Assembly: GCA_051362555.1 (NCBI GenBank)
Contig: CM120649.1
Coordinates: 18,366,567 to 18,430,566, forward strand
From: Lingula anatina
Taxonomy: Eukaryota; Animalia; Brachiopoda
Direction: 5' to 3'
DNA: 64,000 nt
Below are positions 1-12,495 of the stretch, in pieces. Position 1 is the first letter of the stretch. The number at the start of each line of letters is the position of its first letter. A program made the position numbers and the translations under genes. Below the pieces are notes generated by a model, which was not told the DNA's origin, did not search any database, and saw nothing but the letters and a program-made list of their open reading frames with translations.

Positions 1-1888
1 TTAATCATAACAGCAATAGCCTTAAAACGGACTGAGTCTGCTTTTAAGATCAAAAACAATCTAACATCTACTCAAGTGGTCAAGCAGCTTCCTCCCCTCA
101 GGATGGGCGATGCCTTCCCTCACCATGGAGAACATCTCTGCTCACAAAAGGAAAACGTGAGAGGAGACAACTGCATAACAACTTAACTGGAGGTCAGTCC
201 AGTAATGGTCTTTCTCATGGTTTAAAGGATTTGCGCCATACCATCAGAATGGCATGAACGGAACATATTCTTCAGAAAACATGCCCAACTAATGATATCT
301 TTATCTAAATACACAAATTAAAAGCTCATTTTTTAAATTTTTGGCTTTAAAAAACATCCTATTTGCTCGGCCTGGGAGTTAATGAGCTACGTGGTCATGT
401 GGTCCGATGACGACAATCGTGCCACCGGAGAACAGAGCGTGCTTAGCTGTCAAACTGAGCTGCATTGTCTACCTGTAAGATGACTTCTCTGGCTTCTGAT
501 GAAAGTTAATACTCATTCAAATCTCTTACCCGAGGGGTCTAAATCCTCGTGAAGCTGTGTAAAACCACTTCCCGTCTAGTCAATTCTTTAACGAGCATTT
601 AATTATGATTATCCCACGTTGTATAAAACACTGCATTTGAATGAGTTAAGGGCATTGTTGATTATTGCATACGAGGTCCATGTTATTTGTGAAATTCAAT
701 TAATTTTATTAAACCGCTGACACTCCATCTTGCATACTTTTATTAAACTGAGGTGAACAATGCCCGTTACCTTTACAAGTCCTATCTTAATCATCCATCT
801 AACTGGAACTTCCTTTACCTCTTAATTAGAGGGTTAAATGGCATTCAATTCTCCTGTAGCGAGTATCTATCTGGCAATATTTATCTCAGGTAAAAATCTA
901 CTTGTGCGTTAGTTTCAAAGAGCAGCTCCCGCAGGCCTGGGGGTACTAGATAAAATCTGAACACCAGGTTTATCGAGGAGCTAGAGAAACAAAGGAAGAA
1001 TTTTTCCTGCACAGCTTCATAGGAATTTTAACATGGACTTGATCCAGCTTAGACCTCCAAACTAATAGGGTGACATGAGCAATTTTCACAAACAAATAAT
1101 AAAACTATATTTCAGTTACCCTCCTTTAAATAAATATACCGTTCTGGGTAAATTAGAATATTTATTAAATCGCGAGAATATTTTTGACTTAAATGATGAT
1201 TTTATTATTAATGGAAATTAAGCTACTATGTGAGGTACATTTGCTGTGATTACGCTGTCCTTCATGTTTTGCGTTAGTCTACATTTTGCGGTACGTGCTT
1301 GTAATTTTTTTAATCTGTGCATACAACTTTTGCAGGTCTGGTTACGCCCCTGTTATGTGATGAAATCTAAATTTGGCAATTAGTTCCTTAGCTTATTTAA
1401 ATAGAATTGCAGTGTAAAAATTTCAACAAGATGTTGGCGCAATAGCCCTTTATTCTTTGTGGATATTTCCCCCGTCAAAGTTTGTCTATTTGTCTAAAAT
1501 TGTCTTTCAATCTTTACTCTTTTTCCTGTTTTTCCTCAACACGTTTTCTTCCAAGGAAGTAATGCCTGGGCATACGCATGCTTCAAGATACCCTGAGAGC
1601 AATTTCTGTTATTTTAATAAAATATTCGCGACCATGTTTGATCTTAATTGTTTAAATATTGATATTTAACGTCATTTACAAATACCAATAAAATAACCCC
1701 ATGAAATTAATGAGATATATTGAAAAATATGAAAGCCCACCAAGATGAGTTTGATACCTGTTATTACCTGGCTCTTGGTCAACTACAATGCATTTAAAAT
1801 GCAGCAGCAATTAGTAAGCTTGCCAACTGATGACAGTTAATCTAAAAGACTATCAGTTTTGATATGATCTAAAACACCTGAGGTGACC

Positions 1889-2166
1889 TGTAATATGATG
1901 GCTCTTTACTGAGTCCAACGTGCCGGACTCTATTCAGGAGAGAGACAACAACAATGCGTCTGACTTCTACGAAAGTTTATTGTGAAGTGATAGGCTTGTA
2001 TATACATGTACATTAAAAGTATGAGGAACACCTGTTTACTTTAACAATGGCTGAGAACTGTCATCAAGTGTAATCTGTAGGTGACCAAGGGTCATTCAAA
2101 GAATGCCACTAATGGAAGCTTGTGAACTTTGATGACATTTACCAAAAACAAGAAGATAATGTTACA
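1889..2166 (-). repeat. 3' LTR (278 bp)
   Basis: Direct repeat of 6499-6837; directly preceded on the minus strand by the polypurine tract AAGAAAGGGAGA (2167-2178). Confidence 0.96.
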
Positions 2167-2383
2167 TCTCCCTTTCTTCAATCAAATGTCATGGGTGTTA
2201 ACAGTCATAGTCTTTGTGATTATCCCTGCACTGGCAATATGTGCATGTTTATCCTGCCTGTCAGATATGTGTATCCAATAGTGAAGATATATTGTCATTG
2301 AAAAAATTCCTGATAAAGTTAAGTTCATATCCTTTTGTCCAAGGGTAATTTCCTCTAAAGTCTTATATATCACTTTGCAAAAA

Positions 2384-5300
2384 TTACATAGATTCTATAA
2401 TTTTTTGTTTGCAAACTCTGCCAGCTCGTGTTACATAGGGCTGGGGCGAATGACATTCATCTTTCTGAGGGGTTGATTTGACTTTAACTGGGGACTTAAC
2501 TGGGGCATTTACAGCAGGCTTTGGGTGATCTGCTAGAATTTTAAGATCACTGGATTTATTAACCAGATTCTCAGTGCAAATAGGCACTTGTGGGTCAGTG
2601 TCATGAGGAACATTGGGCTCTTTTGTTTTGAGAATATGACGCCTGTTACGTCGATATATACCACCATTAGGAGCTTGTAAAACAAATGAATTTTCATTCA
2701 CCTTATCAATGACATTGGCAGGTTTCCATAACTTGTCATTTCGCTGAAATCTGACTGACTCACCTACAGTTATAGGGGGAAGGGGTCGGGAACCATGGTC
2801 ATAAAATTTCTTCTGCTTTTGACGACTTGAATCTATCTTATGTTTGACCTTTCCAGGATCAATGAACTGGGGACACAACTGTTGATTGGTGGCAGGTAAA
2901 ACAGAACGCAACTGCCGTCCTTGTAATAACTGGGGAGTATCCGATGTCAAGGGGGGACACCCTGTATTCCAATAAGGCCAAATTAGGGTCAGATTTATCA
3001 GACTTTGACTTTTCAAACAGTTTCTTTACAATTTGGACATATTTCTCTGCTAGTCCGTTGGACTGAGGGTAATTGGGGCTAGAGGTCACATGTTTGAAAT
3101 CATATTGCTTGGAGAAATCAGTGAACTCCTGAGAGGCGTACTGAGGACCATTGTCTGAAATGATAGTTTCTGGGATTCCAAATCTAGCAAATATAACCTT
3201 TAACTTGCTGATTACCTGATGACTTTGAGTAGAGGTAAGTTGAGCTACCTCAAAGTATCGACTGTAATAATCAACTACAACTATAAAATCCTTTCCCTCC
3301 CATGTAAACAAGTCAGTGGCAACTGTTTGCCAGGGGTAATCAGGGATGGGGTGTGGCTGCAAAGGTTGTTTAGGGTTGTTATTTCTCTGCATGAGACAAA
3401 TGGGGCACTTGGAAACAAAATCATTAATGTCACCTGACATGCCTGGCCAAAAAATTGCTGATCTGGCTCGTTTTTGGCATTTCTCTATTCCTTTGTGACC
3501 TGTGTGTATAGAATGCAGCATTTTCACCCTTAGTTTCTGGGGTACAATAACCTTTTGACCTTTGAGCAGTATGCCATCAATGTAAGACAATTCGTCTCTG
3601 TGATTCCAAAATTCTATAATCTCAGAGGGGCAATCACTCCTTTTAACAGGCCAACCATTTAAAACGGTTTTGCGCAAAGTCTGAAACTGTTCAGTTTGTT
3701 CAGTTTCTTGACGAATTTCGTCTAACTTTCTATCACTAATAGGAATTTTTGAGAGCACTGCATGTACGTGTGCATCCATTCCTTTAGCGAGCTCTGGGTA
3801 GGTGTCTTTTACAAAATTGCGAGACAATGTGTCTGCAAGCGGTATCTGTGTACCTGGTTTGTAAATTACCTCCAGATCGTATCGCTGTAATTGTAACAGC
3901 ATTCTCTGCAAGCGTGGAGGGGCTGTATTCAAGGGCTTCTTGAATATAGGAATTAAAGGTTTGTGGTCTGTCTCCACTACTACTTTACGGCCATAAACGT
4001 ATTGGTGAAATCTCTTACACCCAAAAACTATCCCAAACATTTCTTTTTCTATTTGGGCATAGTTGATTTCTGATGTATTGAGAGCTTTGGATGCATAAGC
4101 TATGGGTTTTCCATCCTGCAACAGTGCAGCACCTAAACCATACTTAGAGGCATCAGTCTGTAGGGTAGTGACCTGGCTGGGGTCAAAATACGTTAACGTG
4201 GGACTTGGGGCCGCTGTGATTACCTCTTTTACTTCATTGAGAGCTTTCTCATGCTCATCGATCCAATGAAAAATCATGTCTTTTGCAAGTAACTTGCGAA
4301 GGGGGGTGGTAATCTCTGAAAGGTTGGGAGCAAATTTAGCAAGGTATGTCACCATACCCAGAAAAGTCTCTAACTCTTTCTTATTAGTCGGGGCTTTCAT
4401 CTCCCTAATTGCTTTGACCTTTTCCGGGTCAGGCTCTAAGCCTTTTGATGTGATAATGTGACCAAAATATTTTACTTTAGTCACGCCGATTTCCATTTTT
4501 TCTCTGTTGAGTTTGATCCCACACTCACGTGACCTTTGTAAAACATTACGCAGATTTCGGTCATGCTGTTCTCTGTTTTTTCCAAACACTATGATGTCAT
4601 CTACTAAGGCTATTACACCGTCAAGACCCTCAAAATTTTCGTCTACCCTTCTCTGAAACTCATCCTGCGACGATCTCAAACCAAAAGGCAGTCGCAGATA
4701 TCTGTATCTACCAAATGGCGTATTAAACGTCGTAAGGTATGAGGATTCTGTGGATAGTTTAATTGTCCAATACCCTGACCTGGCATCCAACTTACTGAAG
4801 TATTGAGCACCTGCTAACTGGGGTAATACTTCTTCTAATGTTCTAGGGGGGTAATGGGGTCTCAAAATAGCTCTATTTAGGTCTTTGGGATCCAGGCACA
4901 CACGTACCTTACCTGAGCTTGATTCAGGCTTCTCAACAATCACTAGAGAATTTACCCATTCTGTGGGCTCTGTGACTTTACAAATCACGTCAAGCTTCTC
5001 CATACGCTCAAGTTCATTTTTGAGCTTTTCATGAAGTGCATGCGGCACTTTGCGAGGGGGGTGAACAACAGGAATTACGTTGGGATCAGTGTGAATTACA
5101 CATTCACCTGGGAACAATCCTATACCCTCGAATACGTCTTTGTATTCATGCAATATTTGGTCTTTACCAAATTCGGATTTGTTCAGACTTTGGCTGGGTT
5201 TACTAGAATCTCTTTTTCCGACCAGCTCTCGCTTCACATCAGCATCTACATCGCAAGCATACACTAACTTAATCAGGCACAAGTCCATACATGCTTTCAA

Positions 5301-6422
5301 ACCAAGTATCGGTGAAGATTCTGTATCAACGACGTGAAACAGAAGGCCAATGGACTTTTTCTTATACTGACAAGTGAAATTTGCAGACCCTAAGTTTTTT
5401 AGTGAGTGACCATTATAAGCAGTAAGCTTCTGACTAGGAGGTTTCAGGTCGTCTACATGACCAATTGAGTCAAACACATGCTTGGGTAAAATATTCACTT
5501 GAGAACCTGTGTCAATCTTAAACTTAACATTGATCTTTGCTGGACCAATTTCTACATGGCAAAATGCTTGATCTAAACCCTCTGACGTGTCAATACTATC
5601 TACAATAAATTGTGAATCTGAATCAGAATCAGAATCGGGCTGATCTGGCAAAGCTTGCAACTCGTTAACATGTTTTTTAGCAATACTTTTGCGACATTTT
5701 TTAGCAAAGTGATTGAATTTCTTACAGTTATTACACTGTTTACCCTTAGCCGGACATCTATCAGTCTTGGCATGCTCGTAGCCACAATTGTCACACTCAT
5801 GTCTGTCCTGCTTTTGCTGTTTCTTCTGTCTGTTCACATGTCTCCAGTTGCCTGTACGTGGAGGTTGTTTCTTAATGCTGCTGACCTCTTTTCCCATTGT
5901 CTTGAGTTGTTCCATTGAATACTCGTACGACTGGGCTATCTGGACGGCTTTGTCGAGTGTCAGCTTGTCACCTTCATTTATGAGTTTTTCCCTCACTTTC
6001 TCTGATGAAGTACCAAATACGATCCTGTCTCGGATCATCTCTTCTGCATTTGTGTATGCACAGTCGACAGCAAGTGTCCGCAAACGAGTAATAAATTGTT
6101 CAACGGTAGATGCACCTTGAGTTTCATTGTTAAACTTGAACCGCGCGAAGATGGGATTCAGTTTCGGCTGCACATGGGCTTTAAAACGGTCATAATATGA
6201 CTGCAGCTTGTCTGGTTCATCCAGATTTGTCCAAGTTGACTTTATTTCTCTCCCCTTGTCTCCTATCCATAACAAGAGATAAGTCACCTTCACTTTTTCT
6301 TCCTTTTCCTTTAGTGGCCCATTAAAAATAAGTTCCACAAGACTATGGAATTTTTTCCACTGTTCAGGAAGATTAGACGCACTCCAGTCCATGGAAGGTG
6401 TTGGGATACCAGTGAGTTCCAT
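2384..6422 (-). CDS. Gag-Pol polyprotein with a frameshift in the integrase C-terminal half (~2930)
   Basis: ORF 2859..6464 (likely ATG at 6422): two Cys/His knuckles (CDNCGYEH..C, CNNCKKFNHFAKKC), protease KIDTGS, RT LDARSGYW/LPFG/LVDD, RNase H TDASKYGLG, integrase HHCC + D,D(35)E (SDNGPQY, SNGLAE). It reads ...YRVSPLDIGYSP then continues as QLLQGRQLRSVLP in ORF 2384..3016. Confidence 0.92.
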
Positions 6423-6483
6423 GCTAACAGTTAACACAATGTTAGAACTGCTACGGATCGTCACTGTTGCCTATGTCTGGCAA

Positions 6484-6498
6484 CCACTTCTGACACCA
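6484..6498 (-). promoter_or_regulatory. Primer-binding site, tRNA-Leu
   Basis: Minus strand TGGTGTCAGAAGTGG abuts the 5' LTR and is complementary to the ...CCACTTCTGACACCA 3' end typical of eukaryotic tRNA-Leu. Confidence 0.85.
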
Positions 6499-6837
6499 TG
6501 TAATATGATGGCTCTTTACTGAGTCCAACGTGCCGGACTCTATTCAGGAGAGAGACAACAACAATGCGTCTGACTTCTACGAAAGTTTATTGTGAAGTGA
6601 TAGGCTTGTATATACATTTTTTTTTTTTTTCTGACTTCTACGAAAGTTTATTGTGAAGTGATAGGCTTGTATATACATGTACATTAAAAGTATGAGGAAC
6701 ACCTGTTTACTTTAACAATGGCTGAGAACTGTCATCAAGTGTAATCTGTAGGTGACCAAGGGTCATTCAAAGAATGCCACTAATGGAAGCTTGTGAACTT
6801 TGATGACATTTACCAAAAACAAGAAGATAATGTTACA
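6499..6837 (-). repeat. 5' LTR (339 bp, with R-poly(A) duplication)
   Basis: Direct repeat of 1889-2166 plus a duplicated 47-bp segment (6570-6616 and 6631-6677) separated by T14 (6617-6630). Confidence 0.96.
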
Positions 6838-7485
6838 TGACCGAGATCGCGAGGATCGCAACTATTGTCACCGAAGTTAGTAAGTCACGGAAGACCATCA
6901 CAGACAAAGAAAGATTGTCAAGGAGTGCTGCAATTTTGGTGAATCCCACGGCAACACACTGAGGCATAAGGAAAATTGCTCAACTCTGTTCAACACAACT
7001 TTCTTAAACTATTGTCTGTATGCACCATGCAGCTCAGTTAAGTCTCATAGACCTTTATTCTCATTATCGTCACAGTACCACGTGACCCAGATTTGTTGCT
7101 TCATTTATGCACATTGAGGTGAGGTTTACTAAAACGCTTTTTTACTACTAATATTGTTTTTATAAATTTTTAATGGCGGGGATTGATTAAAACATACCTC
7201 TAGTGTATAGATTGAGTGCTGAATATTCAAAATTCGAGAAATGGATTTTTGTGGGTCTATTGTCCTTTAACACCAAGTAAGATTTGTGATCTTAAATTGC
7301 ACTTTAAGACCAAATCAAGTGCACTAATGGGGGTAATTAACTTACATGCTCAGCATCAGGCAGTAAATTACCCCCTAACAGCTTTAGTAGGCATGACAGA
7401 CATTAAGTTAGCAATTTAGTGACAATACCTTCAGAGATAGATCGATCCAAAGTAAGTATGATATATTTGGGAATAGTCTCTTAGA

Positions 7486-7538
<53 letters not shown>

Positions 7539-7833
7539 TTCAATTCAAAGTGAGACGTACTCCCATGGCATGTGGATTACAATGCCTTTGTATTGGTTGA
7601 GTTGGTCTCATTTTCAAATGCTCAGGTAGTGAGGTGAAACACAGCTCCCAGTTTCATCTCTTTTTTTTTTTTTTTTTTTTTTTTTGTGTGAATCATGATA
7701 TCGAACAACAGATAGGAGCAGGCTTGGGAATATTCACTAAAACATTGTATTTTTGTTGTTTATTGTTGCTTTTACAGGCATTAAAACCACAATCAAAATC
7801 CTTGCCAGTTCAATTGTGCAAAAAATGTCAACA

Positions 7834-10640
7834 AACTAGAGGAACAGTGAATTGACACTATACCTCCAGATATTGTACCACCAGCTGGAGCAAGTGCACC
7901 TGTATGGAAAACAAAAGAAAAGAGACACCACCCCCAGTGTTGTGCTTGGCAAGCTCTATAAAATGCAGTAAACAAGAAAAGTAGGTCAAAAGTTAATTTT
8001 AAGGTCATACCTAGATTGCCAACATATGACTTCCTTTTCAAGTGGGGGCGTCTTGATAGTCTGAAGGTTCATTGGTCCGAAAATTTGTAGAATTTTCATC
8101 AGTTTTTCAATTAAGAGGTTAATTGGTCTGAAGGTTAATTTTCATTAGTCCGAAAATTAAAGGTCCATTGGTCCAAAGGTTCGACAGTCCGAAACATTTT
8201 AAAATGTTCTTCATTTGAAGAATTTTAATTACATATGGTATCTAAGGGTGCGTTCCCAATGAAACTATCATTCTACGTAGATTGAACTCCACCGGGAGTC
8301 TCACTGAATGCAATCAGATTAGCAATCATGAAGCTGCTAGGGGGTGATTAACTTTCGTGTGAACTCGGCTTCTGGAATCTTTATCACTTCGTTTTGAGTG
8401 TGACCGAAATGCACATGAAAGTTATCCATATATGGTTCCGTGAGCTACTCTTAACAATGTGGGGCAGTGGAGGGATATGCAATGGCTACCCATCCCAACC
8501 CATGAACACCATACATGATTCATATGAAAGACTGAATAAAGATTGGAACGCATAAAATGAGAGAACGCCTTTAATGACATAAAATTGATTGACCTGTGCT
8601 ATTAATTTTTTAATTATATAAGAAACTGATAGATGTGGTTTCACGCTCCATCAATTCAAATATAGGCTACCTTTAAGAGCACACTGAATGTTAAAAAAAA
8701 AAAAAAACAGGTGTCTCAATTACGAAATATTTTTGATTAAGGGAGAGTCCCGATTTTCAAGAGGCTGATTGCGGTCCACCTACTACAAGCTGTAAGGGGG
8801 TAATTAACTTTCGCGCCCGCTCGGCATGACAGCTATTTAGCGTGAAACTCTAGGGAGTTAGGGCTATCTACTTGGATAGATCTTATCTCTGGGAATGGGG
8901 TCTAAGTTACTGTGGAAAAAGGAAGCACATTGCAAGCAATGAAGGAGCAAGCGCCTTTGCGTGTTGAGTACAGTGCACGTCCTGACAACCTACGAACAAA
9001 ATCGAAACACCGCGGGATTGCATCACATATGCGTCACCCCCCACGCCAGGAGTAGGCCTACATGAAGCATAGATCCTATCTGAATGTACGGGCTGCTACG
9101 TGTGGTCTATGGCCAAAAAAATGGGGAAAGTGCGTGAGGAGCACGTCCTTCGTGCAACTTTTGGAAGACGCAAACAGCACATAGAAACTTTTCGACATGA
9201 TCAACAGCTGCTGCATGCGATCTAGCTACATCCTAGCCGAACGCAAGGAACTTAAGAACCGTGCATCCATAACGCAGTTGGGACCTAGGCATAGTGCGTG
9301 CTCACATCGCCCGCTTGTGTTTTGTGCATGACTCAGCCAGTTTGCAAAAATTTGGACCCAAACAGGCCGTAAGAGCCCGTACGAATGGTTGTGCCCGAGG
9401 CTTTTCTTCTTCCTCTACGATTTCCGTGGCCTCCGCTACACCCAGAATTTGCAGGGGACGTGCCCTCTACCAGGGCGACGAATTGTTTTTCACAAGATAT
9501 TCACAGATATGTCTTTAGATAAAAAGACAGTCATATCATTCCCTGCCTTTTTCCATTTCGCCCCTGTACATGTAATACACTATACACTTTATTTATACAG
9601 TAGGCCTACATTTGGACTATCGAACCTTTGGACTAATGACCCTTCGGACTTATGAACCTTCGGACCAATGCACCTTCGGACTATCGAACATTCAGACCAA
9701 TGAACCTTCAATGCACTTTCGGACCATTGAACCTTCGGACCAATGAACCTTCAGACTATTGAACCTTCGGAATATCGCTACTGCCCCTTTCAAGTAACTA
9801 TGGGAGTATCTCTATCAGTTTTGGAGATATAAGTGTGAGAAAATTTGCACAGTTCAGTTCATGGTGGGTCAAAGGACAATTTTAATTCATAGTTAGCTTG
9901 CCAGTATATGACTCCCTTAAAATAATAACTTTGAGCATACCTCTGCCAGTTTTGGAGATATAAGGGAAAGAAAATTTGAAAAAAGCAGTTCATCATAAAA
10001 AGTATGTCAAAGGTCAATTTGAAAGTCACAGTTAGATTGTCAGTATATAACTTCCCATTCAAGATCAATAGCAACTATGGGTGCAACTCAGTTTTGGAGA
10101 TTTAGGGACGGAATATTTGCAAATATCAATTGATGATGTGTAAGGTTCTGTATGTCAAAGATCAATATCAAGTTCACAGTTCAATTGCCAGTAAATGACT
10201 TCCAATTCAAGTTCAAAAGCAACTATGGGCGTATATCTGCCATTTTTGGAGATACAAGGGACTGAGAATTTGCAAATGACAGTTCAAGGAGAAAAGTAGG
10301 TTAAAAGTCAATTTCAAGGTCACTGTCAAACTGCCAGTAAATGAATTTTTCTTCAAGTTCAATAGTAATTATTGGGGTATCTCTGCTAATTTTTGAGTAT
10401 TTCACATTTTGATTTCACCACTGAATATATCGACGTCGTACTTTTTGATACATGTAAAGGGCAGCACGTAAACCATAAGGAATACAAAAAAACTGAACAC
10501 CACTTCCTGTATTGCCCTTCAAAGGCTGTACAAAATGCAACTCTAGCGTTAACAGTTCCAGAATTATAGTGAGCTTTCAATTTTGGCATCTAAGGGCTGC
10601 TTCTTCAATGAAGATGCAACTTAGTCAATTAAATTGCCCA
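7834..10640 (+). mobile_element. Degenerate HINE/Helentron-like element interrupted by a MITE
   Basis: Begins AACTAGAGG...TTGTACCACCAGC like the copies at 30651, 36951 and 59062; degenerate ~146-bp core repeats at ~9800-10390; right end approximate. Confidence 0.6.
8044..9787. mobile_element. Non-autonomous DNA transposon, 9-bp TSD (Mutator/Rehavkus-like)
   Basis: TSD TTTTCAAGT at 8035-8043 and 9788-9796; GGGGC...GCCCC termini; inverted subterminal arrays of a 16-bp unit (TTCGGACCAATGAACC-like) at ~8055-8195 and ~9610-9775. Confidence 0.75.
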
Positions 10641-10970
10641 TTATGCTTTTAACAATGCAAAGAAACCATAAAGACTAGGCCCAGCCAGGGCGTAATTAAT
10701 ATGGGGTCTGGCCTTTTTGGGCATAGGACTAGATTTAGTCTAGGCCTTTGAGATATATATATATATATATAATAGCAAATAAAGTATTATGGTTTTATCG
10801 GTATAAATATTTCAAAACTGTACTTACTCATCAGAGATGACAGTGGACCTTTAAGTGGTTATAGTTCCATACAGGGGTTTAGAGAGAGGGCAAAAATACA
10901 GCACCACAAAACCAAAATATTTGGATATTTTGACTTGCCCTTACAAAAATTTCCAACAGGCCGTCCTATA

Positions 10971-12120
10971 TGGTAAAATCTTGAAAATTTCATCGGAAGA
11001 CGATTTTCTGCCAAAGTTTTTTTCTTTTTTTTTTTTAAATTTCGTCGAACTTGAAAATGAGCCTCTCCATAATTTTTTCAAAAGTTCGTCACTAATATGG
11101 CCGCGATGAGCAGCTCAGTTGATTCAAGACAATAATACAATAAGGATATTATTGCCAATAACACTCTCAATGGGAGATAGGAACAATAGTTCGCCCCTGC
11201 CAGCGGCTACTCACAATATAGATGGTATAGATGTGAATTCCCATTTTCAATTACGGGAACCTAGGCCTTTTGTCTTTAGTTTCATTACTATTACCTGGCT
11301 CAAGGGGCATTTTCAAGCTGTAAATAGAAGTCACAGGCCACAGCTCTTTGTCAGTTGTAACGCCGTTAATGTAATCGAGGCTGTTCTGAATGAGGAAGGC
11401 AAAATGATAAAAAACAAGATATTATTAATGTACCAGTCACTTCTTTTTATGTCCATTGCACAATTTAAGATCGTTAGTAAACATGGAGAACTGCTCACTG
11501 CATATCTTCAGTGAGAATTGTTTGAGTAATATCGCCAGCAGATCATTCGCAATCCAAAAGAGACAAGAAGGCAATTTTCATATTTGTTTAGAGGACTATG
11601 TTCGCGTAAGACCATCAGCAGGAGATTGTTCAAGATGTAAGCAAAAAGAAAATGCAATTTTCATATTAGTTCACGGGACTTAGGAATATTGTTTGCGGAA
11701 GATCATCAGGGGGAGATCATCATTTTAAACCCCCTTTCCCTTGAATTTTTTAAAACATATTTTTTCATTTTATCTTTAACCCCCCCCCCAACCCCCTTTA
11801 TCCCCTTCTAACGGCACTTGGAAATGTTGGACTCCCTGTAATTTTTTTAGGAAGTTACAGATGGTAATTTTAGAAGGCCTAATCCAATCCTGGGAAAAGC
11901 CCTGCATACAAGAAATGTTACTAAGTTCGTAATTTGTTAAATATGCCACATCCAGTTTATAATGTTTATAAGGTTGCAATAAGGCTTATCTTGACCCCTC
12001 TCCTCTATCTGGAGGTATGTTTGTTACCGAAAAGACAATTTTCAACTTACTTTTCAGGTAAATTAATATAACTTAATCGAAAAGCACTAATAAATAGATT
12101 ATTATTTACCACCATATCCC

Positions 12121-12166
<46 letters not shown>

Positions 12167-12337
12167 CGCGTGTGTGTGTGTGTGTGTGTGTGTGAGGGAT
12201 AACTTAAGGATAAAAGCCGATAAAAGCCCGAAGGTCGCAGTTTTGAAAATTTCGTCAGGGAGACGTAATGTTGAAAAATTTAGGCAATTTAAAATACTAA
12301 TTAATTTCTATGCAACAAAATTTTCAAGTTTTTACCA
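10971..12337. mobile_element. Non-autonomous TIR element with TA TSD (same family as 52445-54203)
   Basis: TIR TGGTAAAATCTTGAAAATTTT / AAAATTTTCAAGTTTTTACCA flanked by TA; interior is the reverse complement of 52445-54203 (shared pseudo-ORF IQDNNTIRI.LPITLSMG). It is inserted in the 3' region of the downstream gene copy. Confidence 0.75.
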
Positions 12338-12495
12338 TAGGTCCTATAGGGCCCCATGATTTGTGAATGATATCCTACAGGACATCTCACGTACGAGACC
12401 ATCTTATGGATTTTGGGGCAATTTCTTTGCTGTACTATATACAGAAAGAACTATATGCATCTACTATAGGACTATTTAAATTTTTAAAGAAGGAT

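Larger units (their letters stand above)
1889..6837 (-). mobile_element. Full-length Ty3/Gypsy LTR retrotransposon (Mag-like)
   Basis: TG...CA LTRs at 1889-2166 (3') and 6499-6837 (5'), identical by eye except a 61-bp insertion; 5-bp TSD TGACC at 1884-1888 and 6838-6842; PBS and PPT present; single gag-pol ORF in PR-RT-RH-IN order. Confidence 0.97.

Noticed and set aside
1-1880. Possible decayed element flanking the Gypsy insertion (TTAAAGGA at 222; TCCTTTAA near 7270)
   Set aside because: Terminal match too short and no recognisable coding remnant.
11119-11514. 131-aa ORF with a homolog at 53829-54101
   Set aside because: Lies within two copies of a non-autonomous TIR element; no recognisable domain and the frame is not conserved.
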